Shown piece by piece: positions 18,832 to 28,676 of a DNA stretch of 64,000 nt. A program made the position numbers and the translations under genes. Source of the stretch: a virus (lineage: Duplodnaviria; Caudoviricetes). Within the stretch, counting starts at the first letter, position 1. Each line of letters opens with the position of its first letter. The DNA lies in IMG/VR virus record IMGVR_UViG_3300049298_000033, positions 30,539-94,538 of that record; one strand, 5' to 3'. A model generated the notes under the pieces. The model was not told the DNA's origin and did not search any database. It saw only the letters and a program-made list of their open reading frames with translations.

Positions 18832-19160
18832 TGGCCCGCACACACATTGCTTCGGTTCCGTTCTCCCGGGCCGGTGTCACGGATCCGGTCGATGCTGCGG
18901 CGGACGCCACGAACGGCAACGTCATCACCAATACCGGCAAGACCGCCATCAGGGTCGTCAACGCCGACGGAACGAACCCGCACACCGTCACGTTCGTGAC
19001 CCCGGGCACGGTCGACGGCCAGCCCGTCGAGGACCGCGACGAGGTCATTCCGGCCGGAGAGACGCAGTGGTTCGGGCGCTTCCAGTCCTCCATCTATGGC
19101 TCGTCGATGGGCATCAACGTCGACTCGACGGAGATCAAGCTGACCGTCTTCGAGCCCTGA
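18831..19160 (+). CDS. Small beta-rich virion protein
   Basis: TGATG coupling to major tail gene. Confidence 0.7.
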   Translation: MARTHIASVPFSRAGVTDPVDAAADATNGNVITNTGKTAIRVVNADGTNPHTVTFVTPGTVDGQPVEDRDEVIPAGETQWFGRFQSSIYGSSMGINVDSTEIKLTVFEP

Positions 19161-19247
19161 TACGTCACGGCGGCCGGTAACCCGGGCGGGCGGCCGGCCG
19201 CCGTGACCCTAACGCCCGCCGACTCAATCACCCACGGAGGTATCGGC

Positions 19248-19457
19248 ATGGCCGACGACCAGTCCGCCCCGGTGTACGTCAGCCCGGACGGATCCAGCGA
19301 GATGCGCGTGACGTCCCCGGCGACGCGCATCAACCTCGAACACCGCGGCTGGAAACCGAAGGGCGACGTGCCGCTTGCGACTACCAGCCCGCAGCCCATG
19401 GGCCAGACCGACGACACCCCGAAGTCCAAGCAGCGCCGTCAGGCCGCCGACGAGTAG
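19248..19457 (+). CDS. Small hypothetical tail-region protein
   Basis: GGAGG RBS. Confidence 0.6.
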   Translation: MADDQSAPVYVSPDGSSEMRVTSPATRINLEHRGWKPKGDVPLATTSPQPMGQTDDTPKSKQRRQAADE

Positions 19458-19475
19458 AGCAGGAGGCGCCCGCCC

Positions 19476-19841
19476 ATGAGCAACACCCGCAGCACCCCCA
19501 AGCCGAAGGTCCCGAACCGGTCCGAGACGTTCGACCTCGACATCCTGGAGAAGGACGGCGAGGCCCCAAAGCCACTGCCTGTCCGGCTCGGCGGCGAAGA
19601 GTTCGTGTTCAACGACCTCGATGAGGCCGACTACTGGGCCGAACTCGCTGAGGCGCCAGCCGAAGAGGACGTTGAGACGCAGCTGCGCATCATGCTTGGC
19701 GAGGAGCAGTACGAGCGCTTCCGGGCCAAGCCACTCAAAGGCTGGAAGCTCAACGCACTGATGAAGCGCCTCGACGACCACTTTGGGTTCACCAAGCGTA
19801 TGGGCAGCCAGGGGGAAGGCAACGGCTCGTCTACCTCTTGA
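19476..19841 (+). CDS. Tail assembly chaperone (gpG-like)
   Basis: Position before tape measure; slippery GGGGGAA at 19811-19817. Confidence 0.85.
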   Translation: MSNTRSTPKPKVPNRSETFDLDILEKDGEAPKPLPVRLGGEEFVFNDLDEADYWAELAEAPAEEDVETQLRIMLGEEQYERFRAKPLKGWKLNALMKRLDDHFGFTKRMGSQGEGNGSSTS

Positions 19842-20278
19842 GGAGGTATGGCGGGCACATTGAAGCCGACCTGGCCGACCGAGGATGGGATCTGGCCGAG
19901 CTGTACCGCGGGCTCCGCTGGCGGTTCATCCTCAATCAGATCGACCATCTGGGGCGCACCAGCCACTTCATCGCGGCCGTCGCTGACGATGACGAGCTGG
20001 CCGAGCAACAGGCCGCCGGGAATGCCCCGGCCGGAGCGCCTGTCGTGCCACTGACGGAGTACTCCCCTGAGGCCGAACGGCTCTCGGCGCTGATCGACGT
20101 CATGCGTGAGCTGCTCTCCCTGGAGATCGGCAAGGCGACCCGCAAGAAACCGAAGCGCGTCCAGCCCTACCCGCGCCCTGTGACGGCGGCTCAACGCGTC
20201 AGCCGTCGGCGCAAGTACGAGAAGTTCCTTGATCTGAAGCATCGTCTTCTCGGAGACCGTGCGAACAGAGGGAGGTGA
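19811..20278 (+). CDS. Tail assembly chaperone frameshift extension (gpT-like)
   Basis: -1 frame open from GGGGGAA to 20278. Confidence 0.8.
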   Translation, partial: GGRQRLVYLLRRYGGHIEADLADRGWDLAELYRGLRWRFILNQIDHLGRTSHFIAAVADDDELAEQQAAGNAPAGAPVVPLTEYSPEAERLSALIDVMRELLSLEIGKATRKKPKRVQPYPRPVTAAQRVSRRRKYEKFLDLKHRLLGDRANRGR

Positions 20279-20280
20279 CG

Positions 20281-23200
20281 ATGACCGAGTACGTGGCCGG
20301 TAGCGCAGCAGTCATCGTCACTCCCGCCCTCCCGGGCTTCCACAAGATCATCGCCAAGGAGCTTGCTGGGATTGGCCCGCTCGCCGAGAAGTCAGGCGAG
20401 GACGCCGGCCAGCGGACCGGCACCGGCTACACCGGCGCGCTCCAGAAGGTCATCGGCGGCGGCAAGAAGGTCGCCGGCGTCATCGACAAGGCCATGACTG
20501 CTGCAGGTGTGGCCGGTGCGGCGGCGCTCGGCGCGGCGTTCAGCGACGCCCTTTCGATTGACAGTGCCCGCGGGAAGCTCACCGCCCAGCTCGGCTTGAC
20601 GGCCAAGGAGTCCGGCCGGGTCGGGAAGGTCGCCGGCCAGCTGTACGCCAGCAACTACGGCGACTCGATGCAGGACGTCCAGGGCGCGATCACTCAGGTG
20701 ATCCGCAACATGGACGGCCTGCGCGGTGCCAGCGCGTCGGCGCTAAAGGACACGACCGCGCGGGCGATCACGCTCAGCCAGGTTATGGACGCCGACGTCG
20801 GCGACGTAACCCGGTCCGTGTCGCAGCTCATGCGGACCGGCCTGGCCAAGAACTCCATGCGGGCATTCGATCTGATCACCCGCGGCGCCCAACTCGGCGG
20901 CGACAAGGCTGGCGACCTCCTCGACACGCTGAACGAGTACCCCACCCAGTTCCGCAAGCTCGGCCTGTCAGGCGCGGCGGCGATGGGCCTCATCGTCCAG
21001 GGGCTGAAGGCCGGCGCGCGCGACTCCGACATTGTCGCGGATGCCCTGAAGGAATTCAGCATCCGGGCCGTCGACGGCTCCACCACCACAGCGCAGGGCT
21101 TCAAGCTGCTCGGCCTGTCCGGCAAGAAGATGTCTGAGCAGATCGGCAAGGGCGGCAAGTCCGCATCTACTGGCCTCCAGGTCGTCCTTGACCGGCTCCG
21201 CGGGATCAAGGACCCGGTCAAGCAGTCTCAGGCCGCCGTCGCTCTGTTCGGTACGCAAGCCGAGGATCTCGGCAAAGCCCTCTACGCCCTCGACCCGTCC
21301 ACGGCGACGAAGAAGCTCGGCGCGCTCGGTGGTGCGACCGACAAGGCCGGCGACGCCATGTCGAACACGGCCGAGGCGAAGTTCACCACCTTCAAGCGCG
21401 GCCTGCAGACCAACGTCGTGCAGGCGATCGTCAGCGACGTCATCCCGGCGGTGACCAAACTCGGCGGCGCATTGGACAGCGTTCACATTTCCCCGGACAC
21501 CGTCGTTAAGGCGGGCCTGGCGGCCGGTGGCGCGGTGGTCGGCTGGAAGGCACTCTCAGCCTCTATCACCGGGGTCAAGAAGACCATCGTCGGTGTGAAG
21601 GCCGTCGGCTCCGGCGCGGGCAAGGCCGTCACGCTGGCCAAGAACGTGCCGGGCGGCTGGGAGACGCTGCGCCTAAAGGCCCTGTATGCGGGCGACTCGG
21701 TGAAGGGTGCCGGGTCGAAGATCAAGACGGCTGCTGCGGCGGCCGGTCGCGGCGTTGCCGCAGTGGGAAAGTTCGCCGGATCGCTGGCCGCAGCCGGCGG
21801 TAAGGCGGCACTGTCCGGCCTCACGACAGCCGGTCGCGCGATCGGCGGCGTTGCGGCGTCTGCATGGCGTGGCGTGACCGCTCTCGGCGCTCTAGCGGCG
21901 TCGTATGCCCGTGCGGCGGCCACGGCGGCCTTGAGCGCCGTCCGCACGGTCGCGATGACGGTCGCGACGAACGCGGTCCGGGTCGCGTCCCTAGTGTGGA
22001 CCGGCGTGCAGTGGCTGCTGAATGCGGCGCTGAACGCCAACCCGATCGGCCTGATCGTCATTGCGATCACCGCGCTGGTCGCCGCGGTTGTCTACGCCTA
22101 CACCCACTTCTCCTGGTTCCGGGCGGGAGTGCAGGCGGCTTGGGCGGGGATCCAGGCGGCCGGCCTCGCAGCCTGGAACTACGGCATCAAGCCGATCTTC
22201 GAAATCATCAAGTTCTACATCACCCAGATCGTGATCCCGTACTACAAGCTGCTGTGGACGATTGCCAAAGCCGTCTGGTCGGGGGTCGCCGCCGCGGCGC
22301 AGTGGGCGTGGAACACGGTGATCCGGCCGGTCTGGTCGGCGATCAAGGCATTTATCACCGGCGTGCTTGTGCCCGGATTTCGGTTCCTGCTGTCCGGCGG
22401 ACGGGCCGCGTTCAACGCCCTGTCGAGCGTGGTGAAGGCCGTCTGGTCCGGCGGTATCCGGCCCGCGTTCGAGGCGCTCAAGAACGGAGTCGGTGCGGTC
22501 AAGAGTGCCTTCTCGGCAGCGGTCTCCGGGATCTCTAAGCTTTGGAAGGGCCTGGAGTCTGCCACGAAGAAGCCGGTCCAGTTCGTCGTCAACACGGTGT
22601 ACATGCAGGGCATTCGCCCAGCGTGGAAGGCCATCGCCGACCTCGTCCATCTGCCGCAGCTTCCTTCGGTGAAGTTCTCCCGCGGCGGCGTGAACGACGT
22701 TCTGCCGGGCTACACCCCGGGTCGTGACCCGCACCAGTTCGTCAGTCCTACCGGCGGCCGGGTCGCCATGTCCGGCGGCGAGGCGATCATGCGCCCGGAG
22801 TGGACGCGCGCCGTCGGCCCGGGCTTCGTGCACGCCGCCAACCGCATTGCCCGCAAGCGCGGCGTCTCCGGAGTCAGGGACTTCCTCGCTAACGGAGACA
22901 TGAAGTTCGACCGCGGCGGCATCCTGCCCGGTGGCGGTCCGGTGCAGAAGTTCGGTCTTGGCGGCATCTTCGACGCTGTCAAGCACGCCGGGAGCCTCGT
23001 CGTGCACGGCGCCTCGTCGCTGCTCGACGCAGGCGCCTCCGCGTTTGCCAAGCACCTGCTGAACCCGATCCTCGGGAAGATCCCCGGCGGCGACTCGATG
23101 TTCGCGAGGGCGATCTACTCGCTGCCGAAGCGGATGATCGGGGGATTCCTCGACTTCCTGAAGAACTCGATCGACCCGAAGCTCGGCGGCGACGGTCACG

Positions 23201-24009
23201 GCGTGGTGGCCGCGGCGAAGAAATATGTCGGGCGCGGGGACGATAGAGGGCCGAACAACAACATCTTCAGTCGCCGCTGGGGTGTCGCAGGTCAGCCCTG
23301 GTGCGCCTACTTCATCGACCAGGCGGTCAGCGACGCGCACGCCGGTAAGTACTACCGCGGCTTCCCAACCGGCTTGGCTGCCGGCTTCAATGCGATGCGC
23401 CACGTCGGCGTCGGCTCCGGCCGCGCTGGTGACCTGGCGGTCTACGGCAGCCCCGGAGATCACATCAACCTGATCGAGAAGCCGCAGTCCGGGGCCTATC
23501 TCACCATCGGCGGCAACCAGAACCGGTATGTGCAGCGGCGGGTCCGCGGCGGCCAGAACCACATCCTGCGGCCGTCGTTCGCCAGTGGCGGCATCGTCAG
23601 CCGCATGGGCCGCGAGGCGCACCGTATGTTCGCGATCGAGGCCCCTAACAACGCCGACTCCCACGAACTGCAGACGCCGCTGGTACGGCTCATGCGGTCC
23701 CTGCCGGCCGGGCAGATGGCGGGTGTCATGCGTGCGATCGCCCGGCAGAACCTCAGCGTCACCAATGCCGGCGTCTATGACTCGGGCGGCGTCGTCACAC
23801 CGGGCCTGAACCTGATTGCGAATGCGAGCCGGAAGCCGGAGGCGCTTCTCAGCAACGCCCAGTGGTCGGCGATCACGAAGGCGGCGGGCAGCGACGGTGC
23901 GACGTATGAGACGACCTACCACCTGTACCAGCGCGACATGACCATCCGGGACTTGGAGGTCCTCGAACGTCAGCAGGAGGCGCGTCGGCGCGTGGGGAGG
24001 GCGCGGTAG
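20281..24009 (+). CDS. Tape measure protein with C-terminal CHAP/NlpC-like domain
   Basis: ~1240 aa Ala/Gly-rich; DLLDTLNEY, LFGTQAEDLG, ANPIG; PWCAYF...HINL...TIGGNQ. Confidence 0.95.
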   Translation: MTEYVAGSAAVIVTPALPGFHKIIAKELAGIGPLAEKSGEDAGQRTGTGYTGALQKVIGGGKKVAGVIDKAMTAAGVAGAAALGAAFSDALSIDSARGKLTAQLGLTAKESGRVGKVAGQLYASNYGDSMQDVQGAITQVIRNMDGLRGASASALKDTTARAITLSQVMDADVGDVTRSVSQLMRTGLAKNSMRAFDLITRGAQLGGDKAGDLLDTLNEYPTQFRKLGLSGAAAMGLIVQGLKAGARDSDIVADALKEFSIRAVDGSTTTAQGFKLLGLSGKKMSEQIGKGGKSASTGLQVVLDRLRGIKDPVKQSQAAVALFGTQAEDLGKALYALDPSTATKKLGALGGATDKAGDAMSNTAEAKFTTFKRGLQTNVVQAIVSDVIPAVTKLGGALDSVHISPDTVVKAGLAAGGAVVGWKALSASITGVKKTIVGVKAVGSGAGKAVTLAKNVPGGWETLRLKALYAGDSVKGAGSKIKTAAAAAGRGVAAVGKFAGSLAAAGGKAALSGLTTAGRAIGGVAASAWRGVTALGALAASYARAAATAALSAVRTVAMTVATNAVRVASLVWTGVQWLLNAALNANPIGLIVIAITALVAAVVYAYTHFSWFRAGVQAAWAGIQAAGLAAWNYGIKPIFEIIKFYITQIVIPYYKLLWTIAKAVWSGVAAAAQWAWNTVIRPVWSAIKAFITGVLVPGFRFLLSGGRAAFNALSSVVKAVWSGGIRPAFEALKNGVGAVKSAFSAAVSGISKLWKGLESATKKPVQFVVNTVYMQGIRPAWKAIADLVHLPQLPSVKFSRGGVNDVLPGYTPGRDPHQFVSPTGGRVAMSGGEAIMRPEWTRAVGPGFVHAANRIARKRGVSGVRDFLANGDMKFDRGGILPGGGPVQKFGLGGIFDAVKHAGSLVVHGASSLLDAGASAFAKHLLNPILGKIPGGDSMFARAIYSLPKRMIGGFLDFLKNSIDPKLGGDGHGVVAAAKKYVGRGDDRGPNNNIFSRRWGVAGQPWCAYFIDQAVSDAHAGKYYRGFPTGLAAGFNAMRHVGVGSGRAGDLAVYGSPGDHINLIEKPQSGAYLTIGGNQNRYVQRRVRGGQNHILRPSFASGGIVSRMGREAHRMFAIEAPNNADSHELQTPLVRLMRSLPAGQMAGVMRAIARQNLSVTNAGVYDSGGVVTPGLNLIANASRKPEALLSNAQWSAITKAAGSDGATYETTYHLYQRDMTIRDLEVLERQQEARRRVGRAR

Positions 24010-24954
24010 ATGCCGGTTCTCGTCAGGCCGCCGGGTGGGCAGACACCGCAGGTTCTGCCGGATGTCGGGTTCGCGGTTGCGACCTGGTATGCCCCGGATG
24101 GCAGCGTGTGGCCGCTAATGGCCCCGGACGCCGGATGGTTCACCCAGTCCGAGGGGATCTCGGGGCTCGGCTCGGCCGCGATCACCATCACGAGCGATTC
24201 GCGCGCACGCGGCGGCGCGCGGGTCCGGCACATCCAGCCGGAGACCCGTTCGATCACCTGGCCGCTGTACGTGTACGGCGAGACACACATGGAGTTCATC
24301 GAGCGCTGGCACGCCCTGGAGGACGCGTTCACGTCGACGTCTGAGCAGGGCCCCGGCCAGTTGGAGATTGCCCGCCCGGATGGCTCCGCGCGCGTCGTGG
24401 ACGCCTACTACGAGGCCGGTTTCGACCCGTCGGTGAAGCAGGGCTACTACATCACCAGCGACTATTGCGTGCTGTCGCTGTTCTGTGAGGACCCGTACTG
24501 GCGGGGCCGGCAGCCACAGACCGTGCATCGTGAGTTCGCGACCGGCGTCGACTTCCTGTCACCCTATCCGTCCGTGTCATCCTCCCAGGTGCTCGGCGAC
24601 ACGACGCTATTCAACCCGGGCCAGGTCGAGGCATGGCCGAGCTGGGTCATGACCGGCCCATCCAGCTTGCTCACGGCGACGCTCGTTGACACCGGAGAGT
24701 CGTTCTCGCTCGATCCGAACGCCACGGACATTGCCCACGGGAACCTCGCCGCTGGGGAGCAGGTCACCGTCGAGACGGATCCGCCGCGAGTGCGATTCCA
24801 GGACGGCTCGAATTGGGTCGCGGCGCTGAACTGGCCAGGCGCCGTCCTGTGGTCGTTGCCGCGCGGCGTGTCTCAGGTGACGTTCGACCTTGAGGGTGCG
24901 GCTGCAGGCAGCGCTGTCGACCTGTCGTTCTATCCTCGATACAAGTCGGCCTGA
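24010..24954 (+). CDS. Distal tail (Dit-like) protein
   Basis: After tape measure; DPYW, NPG.V.AWP. Confidence 0.85.
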   Translation: MPVLVRPPGGQTPQVLPDVGFAVATWYAPDGSVWPLMAPDAGWFTQSEGISGLGSAAITITSDSRARGGARVRHIQPETRSITWPLYVYGETHMEFIERWHALEDAFTSTSEQGPGQLEIARPDGSARVVDAYYEAGFDPSVKQGYYITSDYCVLSLFCEDPYWRGRQPQTVHREFATGVDFLSPYPSVSSSQVLGDTTLFNPGQVEAWPSWVMTGPSSLLTATLVDTGESFSLDPNATDIAHGNLAAGEQVTVETDPPRVRFQDGSNWVAALNWPGAVLWSLPRGVSQVTFDLEGAAAGSAVDLSFYPRYKSA

Positions 24955-26159
24955 TGGCGGTCGATCGCGTCGACGAGGAGATCAAGCTTCTCGTCACGGA
25001 CAAGAACCTCGTTGTCCAAGGCGACCCGCTCGACGGCTGGACGGATCTGTCCTCGACGCTGAACGACAACCAGCCCGGTTCGGGTCAGGTGACACTGCCC
25101 GCCTACCCGGAGGTCATGGAGCAGCTCCAGCCCGGGAACCGGCTCGTCGTCATCGATCAGGGCGAGATCTGGTCGGCCGGCCCGATGGAGATCCCTGAGG
25201 ACTACTCCTGGGGTGTCGGCGGCGACGTGAACCAGCCCGATCCCGGGCAGGTCGTCGTCAACTTCTCCGACGATCTGGCGCGCGTCGCCGGGTACCTGAC
25301 CTATCCCGACCCCACGAAGACGTTCGCGAATCAGGTGACCGCGACCGATGACGTCTACGCGCTCACCGCCACGAACGCTGAGGTCATCATCCGCGCGCTG
25401 GTCAACCTGAACTGTGGCCCCGGCGCCATCGCGGGACGGAGGATCGAGAAGCTGGTGCTGGGCGCACTCGCTGGCGTCGGCTCCAACACCTCCATCTCGA
25501 CGCGGTTCGAAGACCTCCTCGACCCGTGCCGCACTGTTGCCTCCGGCGACGGTCTCAGCTTCCGCACACGGCAGGTCGGCAACCAGATCGTGTTCGAGGT
25601 CTACGCCCCGGCGGACCGGACCGGGACGGCCCGGTTCTCGGCCGGGCTTGGGAACCTGCGCAGCGTGTCATTCAAGATGTCCGCGCCGACCGCCACGCAG
25701 GAGCTCGTGCAGGGCGGCGACACTGGCGCCCGCGTGTACGTCGAGGTGAGTTCCGGTGCCGCTGCGGACTGGTACCGCGTTGAGAAACTCGTCGACCAGT
25801 CCGGCACGGCGAACGATGCGAACGGTGAACTCACGCAGGCCGGCAACCTGGCCCTCGGCGACGACAACCCGCAGGTGACGCTCTCGACGGTCACGGTCGA
25901 TGTGCCAGATGCGCCGGGCGAGCCGGGATCCGGGATGATCGCAGGCCGCGACTTTGGCCTGAGTGATCTCGTGACCGTCGTCCTTCCGACCGGCGTGGAG
26001 GTGGCGGACAAGGTCCGCTCGATCACCAAGGCAGCCAGCCCTGGCGCCGGGAAGCTGGTCACGTCGGTGATCGGCAGCCAGGACGCGACGACGAACTCGG
26101 CGACGGTGAAAACGATCCGCGATCTCGCCCGACGGCTCGGGCGAATGGAGGCACGATGA
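24954..26159 (+). CDS. Minor tail/baseplate hub protein (Gp37-like)
   Basis: FSAGLGNL, GRDFGL.D.V; synteny. Confidence 0.8.
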   Translation: MAVDRVDEEIKLLVTDKNLVVQGDPLDGWTDLSSTLNDNQPGSGQVTLPAYPEVMEQLQPGNRLVVIDQGEIWSAGPMEIPEDYSWGVGGDVNQPDPGQVVVNFSDDLARVAGYLTYPDPTKTFANQVTATDDVYALTATNAEVIIRALVNLNCGPGAIAGRRIEKLVLGALAGVGSNTSISTRFEDLLDPCRTVASGDGLSFRTRQVGNQIVFEVYAPADRTGTARFSAGLGNLRSVSFKMSAPTATQELVQGGDTGARVYVEVSSGAAADWYRVEKLVDQSGTANDANGELTQAGNLALGDDNPQVTLSTVTVDVPDAPGEPGSGMIAGRDFGLSDLVTVVLPTGVEVADKVRSITKAASPGAGKLVTSVIGSQDATTNSATVKTIRDLARRLGRMEAR

Positions 26160-27094
26160 CGCAGGCTTCATGGCCGTCCCCGAGCCACGGCAGCCCGGCT
26201 CGGGCGGTCACCGATGCGGAGTATCCGCACCTGGCGCCCTGGGCGAGCGATGGCGTATTCCAGAGCGCGTCTGATGTGGTCTACGGCAACAGCTCCGGCC
26301 TTGAGGTGCATGTCCGGACCGGGAAGTATGCGATAGTGCAGGGCCACGCCTGGGAGTCCGGTGCGTCTGAGTTCGCCGTGGAGATCGCCGCGAACACCTC
26401 CGGGTCCACACGCGTGGACACGGTCGTGCTGCGTCTCGACCGCTCTACGTGGGATGTCACCGCCGCCGTCCGGCAGGGCACCCCTGGCGCCGGCCCGCCG
26501 ACGCTGCAGCGCGACGCCGGTGACACCGGCCTGTGGGAGATCCCGCTCGCCGACGTCACTGTCGACAATGGCGCCGCGACGATCGCCTCGGGAAAGGTCG
26601 TGGCCCGAACCTTGTTCCAGTCCGGCGCGATGCGGCCGTGCAACGTCATCACCGACATCCAGACCACCCTCGACGACGGCGACATGGTGTACGAGGCGTC
26701 GACGGGCCGGTGGATCGGCTGGGGCTCCGCCGGGGGTGTGGTGCTGTACGAGGACACGGGGAACGTCGCGGTGACGCTGACGAACTCGGCGTGGTCGCAG
26801 CTGCTGGCCTGCTCAGCGCGGCGTAGGAGCGGAATCGTTTCCCTGCGCTTCGCGATCACGCGGCAGAGCTCCACGTTCACGAAATCGGACCCGGATGGCT
26901 CGGCGCTGTGCACGCTGCCGTCGCAGTTCCGGCCGGATATCGACCAGTACGGGACAACCAGTTTCTCCGGCGGTATCGGGACTGCCCGCGTGCAGGTGCT
27001 GCAGGCCACCGGCGTCGTCAGCCTGCAACACAACACCGTCGACGTCACGGTCGGCCGTACAGCCGCGTTCTCGATGTCCTTCCCCGGGAGGTGA
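26156..27094 (+). CDS. Minor tail protein
   Basis: RVDTVVLRLD, WEIPLA, LP..FRP. Confidence 0.8.
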   Translation: MTQASWPSPSHGSPARAVTDAEYPHLAPWASDGVFQSASDVVYGNSSGLEVHVRTGKYAIVQGHAWESGASEFAVEIAANTSGSTRVDTVVLRLDRSTWDVTAAVRQGTPGAGPPTLQRDAGDTGLWEIPLADVTVDNGAATIASGKVVARTLFQSGAMRPCNVITDIQTTLDDGDMVYEASTGRWIGWGSAGGVVLYEDTGNVAVTLTNSAWSQLLACSARRRSGIVSLRFAITRQSSTFTKSDPDGSALCTLPSQFRPDIDQYGTTSFSGGIGTARVQVLQATGVVSLQHNTVDVTVGRTAAFSMSFPGR

Positions 27095-27156
27095 GCACTG
27101 TGCCGATCCTCATCCGCCGACCCGTGCAGCAGTCCACGACCGAGGAGGACCAGTAG

Positions 27157-27729
27157 ATGGCGCGGCATTTTTTCCTCGGTGATCTGTCGGCTTGGGCGAT
27201 GGCGCTCGGCGCGGATGAGACCTCCGTGGACTCCCAGTCCGGCAAACGGGTCCTGATGATCCCGTCAGCGTCGGTGACGTTCTGGACGGCACAGACCGGC
27301 GGTGTGCAGTACACGGATCTGCTCGACTCCATCGGCACGCCGATCACAGAGGCGACCGCTGACGACGACGGCGAGTTCAACCCGATCCAGGGCCCGGATA
27401 CCGATCCGGACACCTGGTACATGTGGGCGGACGGGTCTGGTGGCGCCGGGCCGCGTCAGCTGGTCATCGCCACCGACATGGGCGACACGGTCAACGCACT
27501 GGCCGCCACGATCAGCGACATGGCCGCCGACGCCGCTGCTCTCGGTGCTCAGGTGGCCGCCTCGCTGGGCGTCGTGAACTACGACACGACGACCTCATCG
27601 TGGCCGCCCCGGCCCGCCGGGGACCCGCGCCGGTTCATGTGGTTCGGTCCGACCGCGCCGCCCGTCGGCGGGGACTACATGGTCGATGGGCTCGACGTAT
27701 TCGCGAACACGAACCCGGCTGGATCATGA
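27157..27729 (+). CDS. Tail fibre-associated protein
   Basis: GAGGAGG RBS; TFWTAQTGG.QYTDL. Confidence 0.75.
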   Translation: MARHFFLGDLSAWAMALGADETSVDSQSGKRVLMIPSASVTFWTAQTGGVQYTDLLDSIGTPITEATADDDGEFNPIQGPDTDPDTWYMWADGSGGAGPRQLVIATDMGDTVNALAATISDMAADAAALGAQVAASLGVVNYDTTTSSWPPRPAGDPRRFMWFGPTAPPVGGDYMVDGLDVFANTNPAGS

Positions 27730-28664
27730 CGACCGTCGCGCTCTACATCGCCTCGGGCGGCCGGTTGCTGCCGCTGGCCGGCGGCCCGGCGATCATCCCG
27801 CCAGAGGCGCCCGGTGGCGGTGGCACGCCGACCGGCGATCGGAACGCGATGCTGGTTGGCGCGGCTTCGGCGAGCCTGGCGGGCAGCGACTTCGATGACC
27901 TCGACGCGAGCGCCGGGCCGTTCACCGTCAGGCGTTCCTACGAGACGGGCATCCCGGGCTCGTGGGCGGCGAGCGTCGCGGGGATCGACGTCGGCCGCCG
28001 TGCGTCGGTGTGGTCGTGCAAACCGGATCTGGCCGCGCTGGCCGCCGGGAGTCTCGATACGCAGATCCGGGCGCTGGTGGCCAGCATTCCGGTGACACAT
28101 GTGGCGTGGCTGACGGCGTGGCATGAGCCGGACCACAAGATCCGGAGCGGGGATTTCACCCTCAGCCAGTACCTGCCCGCGTTCGCCCGCTGGTGCTCCG
28201 TCGTGAAGCAGGCCGCGATCGAGTTCGGCCGCCCGCACGTCTACACCTGTCAGATCGTCGAGGCTTGGTCCGGGCAGCATCCGACGCCGGGTAGCACGTA
28301 CACGGACATGTGGCCTGGTGACGGGCTCGTCGACTGCTACGGCGTGGACGGCTACAGCAACACCGGGTCCGGTGAGACTCTGTGGGGCCCGGCGCGCACG
28401 TTCGCGGCCAGCCGCGGCATTCCCTGGGGGGTCGCTGAGGTCGGCTGCGGGACCGCGATCGACACCTCATGGATGACGGCGCAGGCGATCTACGCGGCGA
28501 CGCACGCGGCGGGCGGGGCGCACTCTCGGGCGGCGTTCTATTGCTGGTTCAGCAACAGCACGGGCGGGGTCGTCCCCACGCCGGGCACTGATCCGGCCGC
28601 GCTGGCCGCCGCGCGGAACATCAGCCAGACCTACTACGCGGACGTCAACGCGTTCGTGCTCTGA
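27726..28664 (+). CDS. GH26-like glycoside hydrolase (tail-associated)
   Basis: WHEPD, WPGD..VD..GVDGY, PWGVAEVG clan-A motifs. Confidence 0.7.
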   Translation: MTTVALYIASGGRLLPLAGGPAIIPPEAPGGGGTPTGDRNAMLVGAASASLAGSDFDDLDASAGPFTVRRSYETGIPGSWAASVAGIDVGRRASVWSCKPDLAALAAGSLDTQIRALVASIPVTHVAWLTAWHEPDHKIRSGDFTLSQYLPAFARWCSVVKQAAIEFGRPHVYTCQIVEAWSGQHPTPGSTYTDMWPGDGLVDCYGVDGYSNTGSGETLWGPARTFAASRGIPWGVAEVGCGTAIDTSWMTAQAIYAATHAAGGAHSRAAFYCWFSNSTGGVVPTPGTDPAALAAARNISQTYYADVNAFVL

Positions 28665-28676
28665 CCGGGAGGAACT

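Noticed and set aside
12836-19475. CGCCCGCC after several late-gene stops (12838, 18107, 19213, 19467)
   Set aside because: Short and GC-only, so plausibly chance at this base composition; needs an enrichment test.
21991-23922. Long antisense ORFs (also 13312..15345, 1679..3034, 31993..33351)
   Set aside because: Shadows of high-GC3 genes on the opposite strand; no motifs or RBS.
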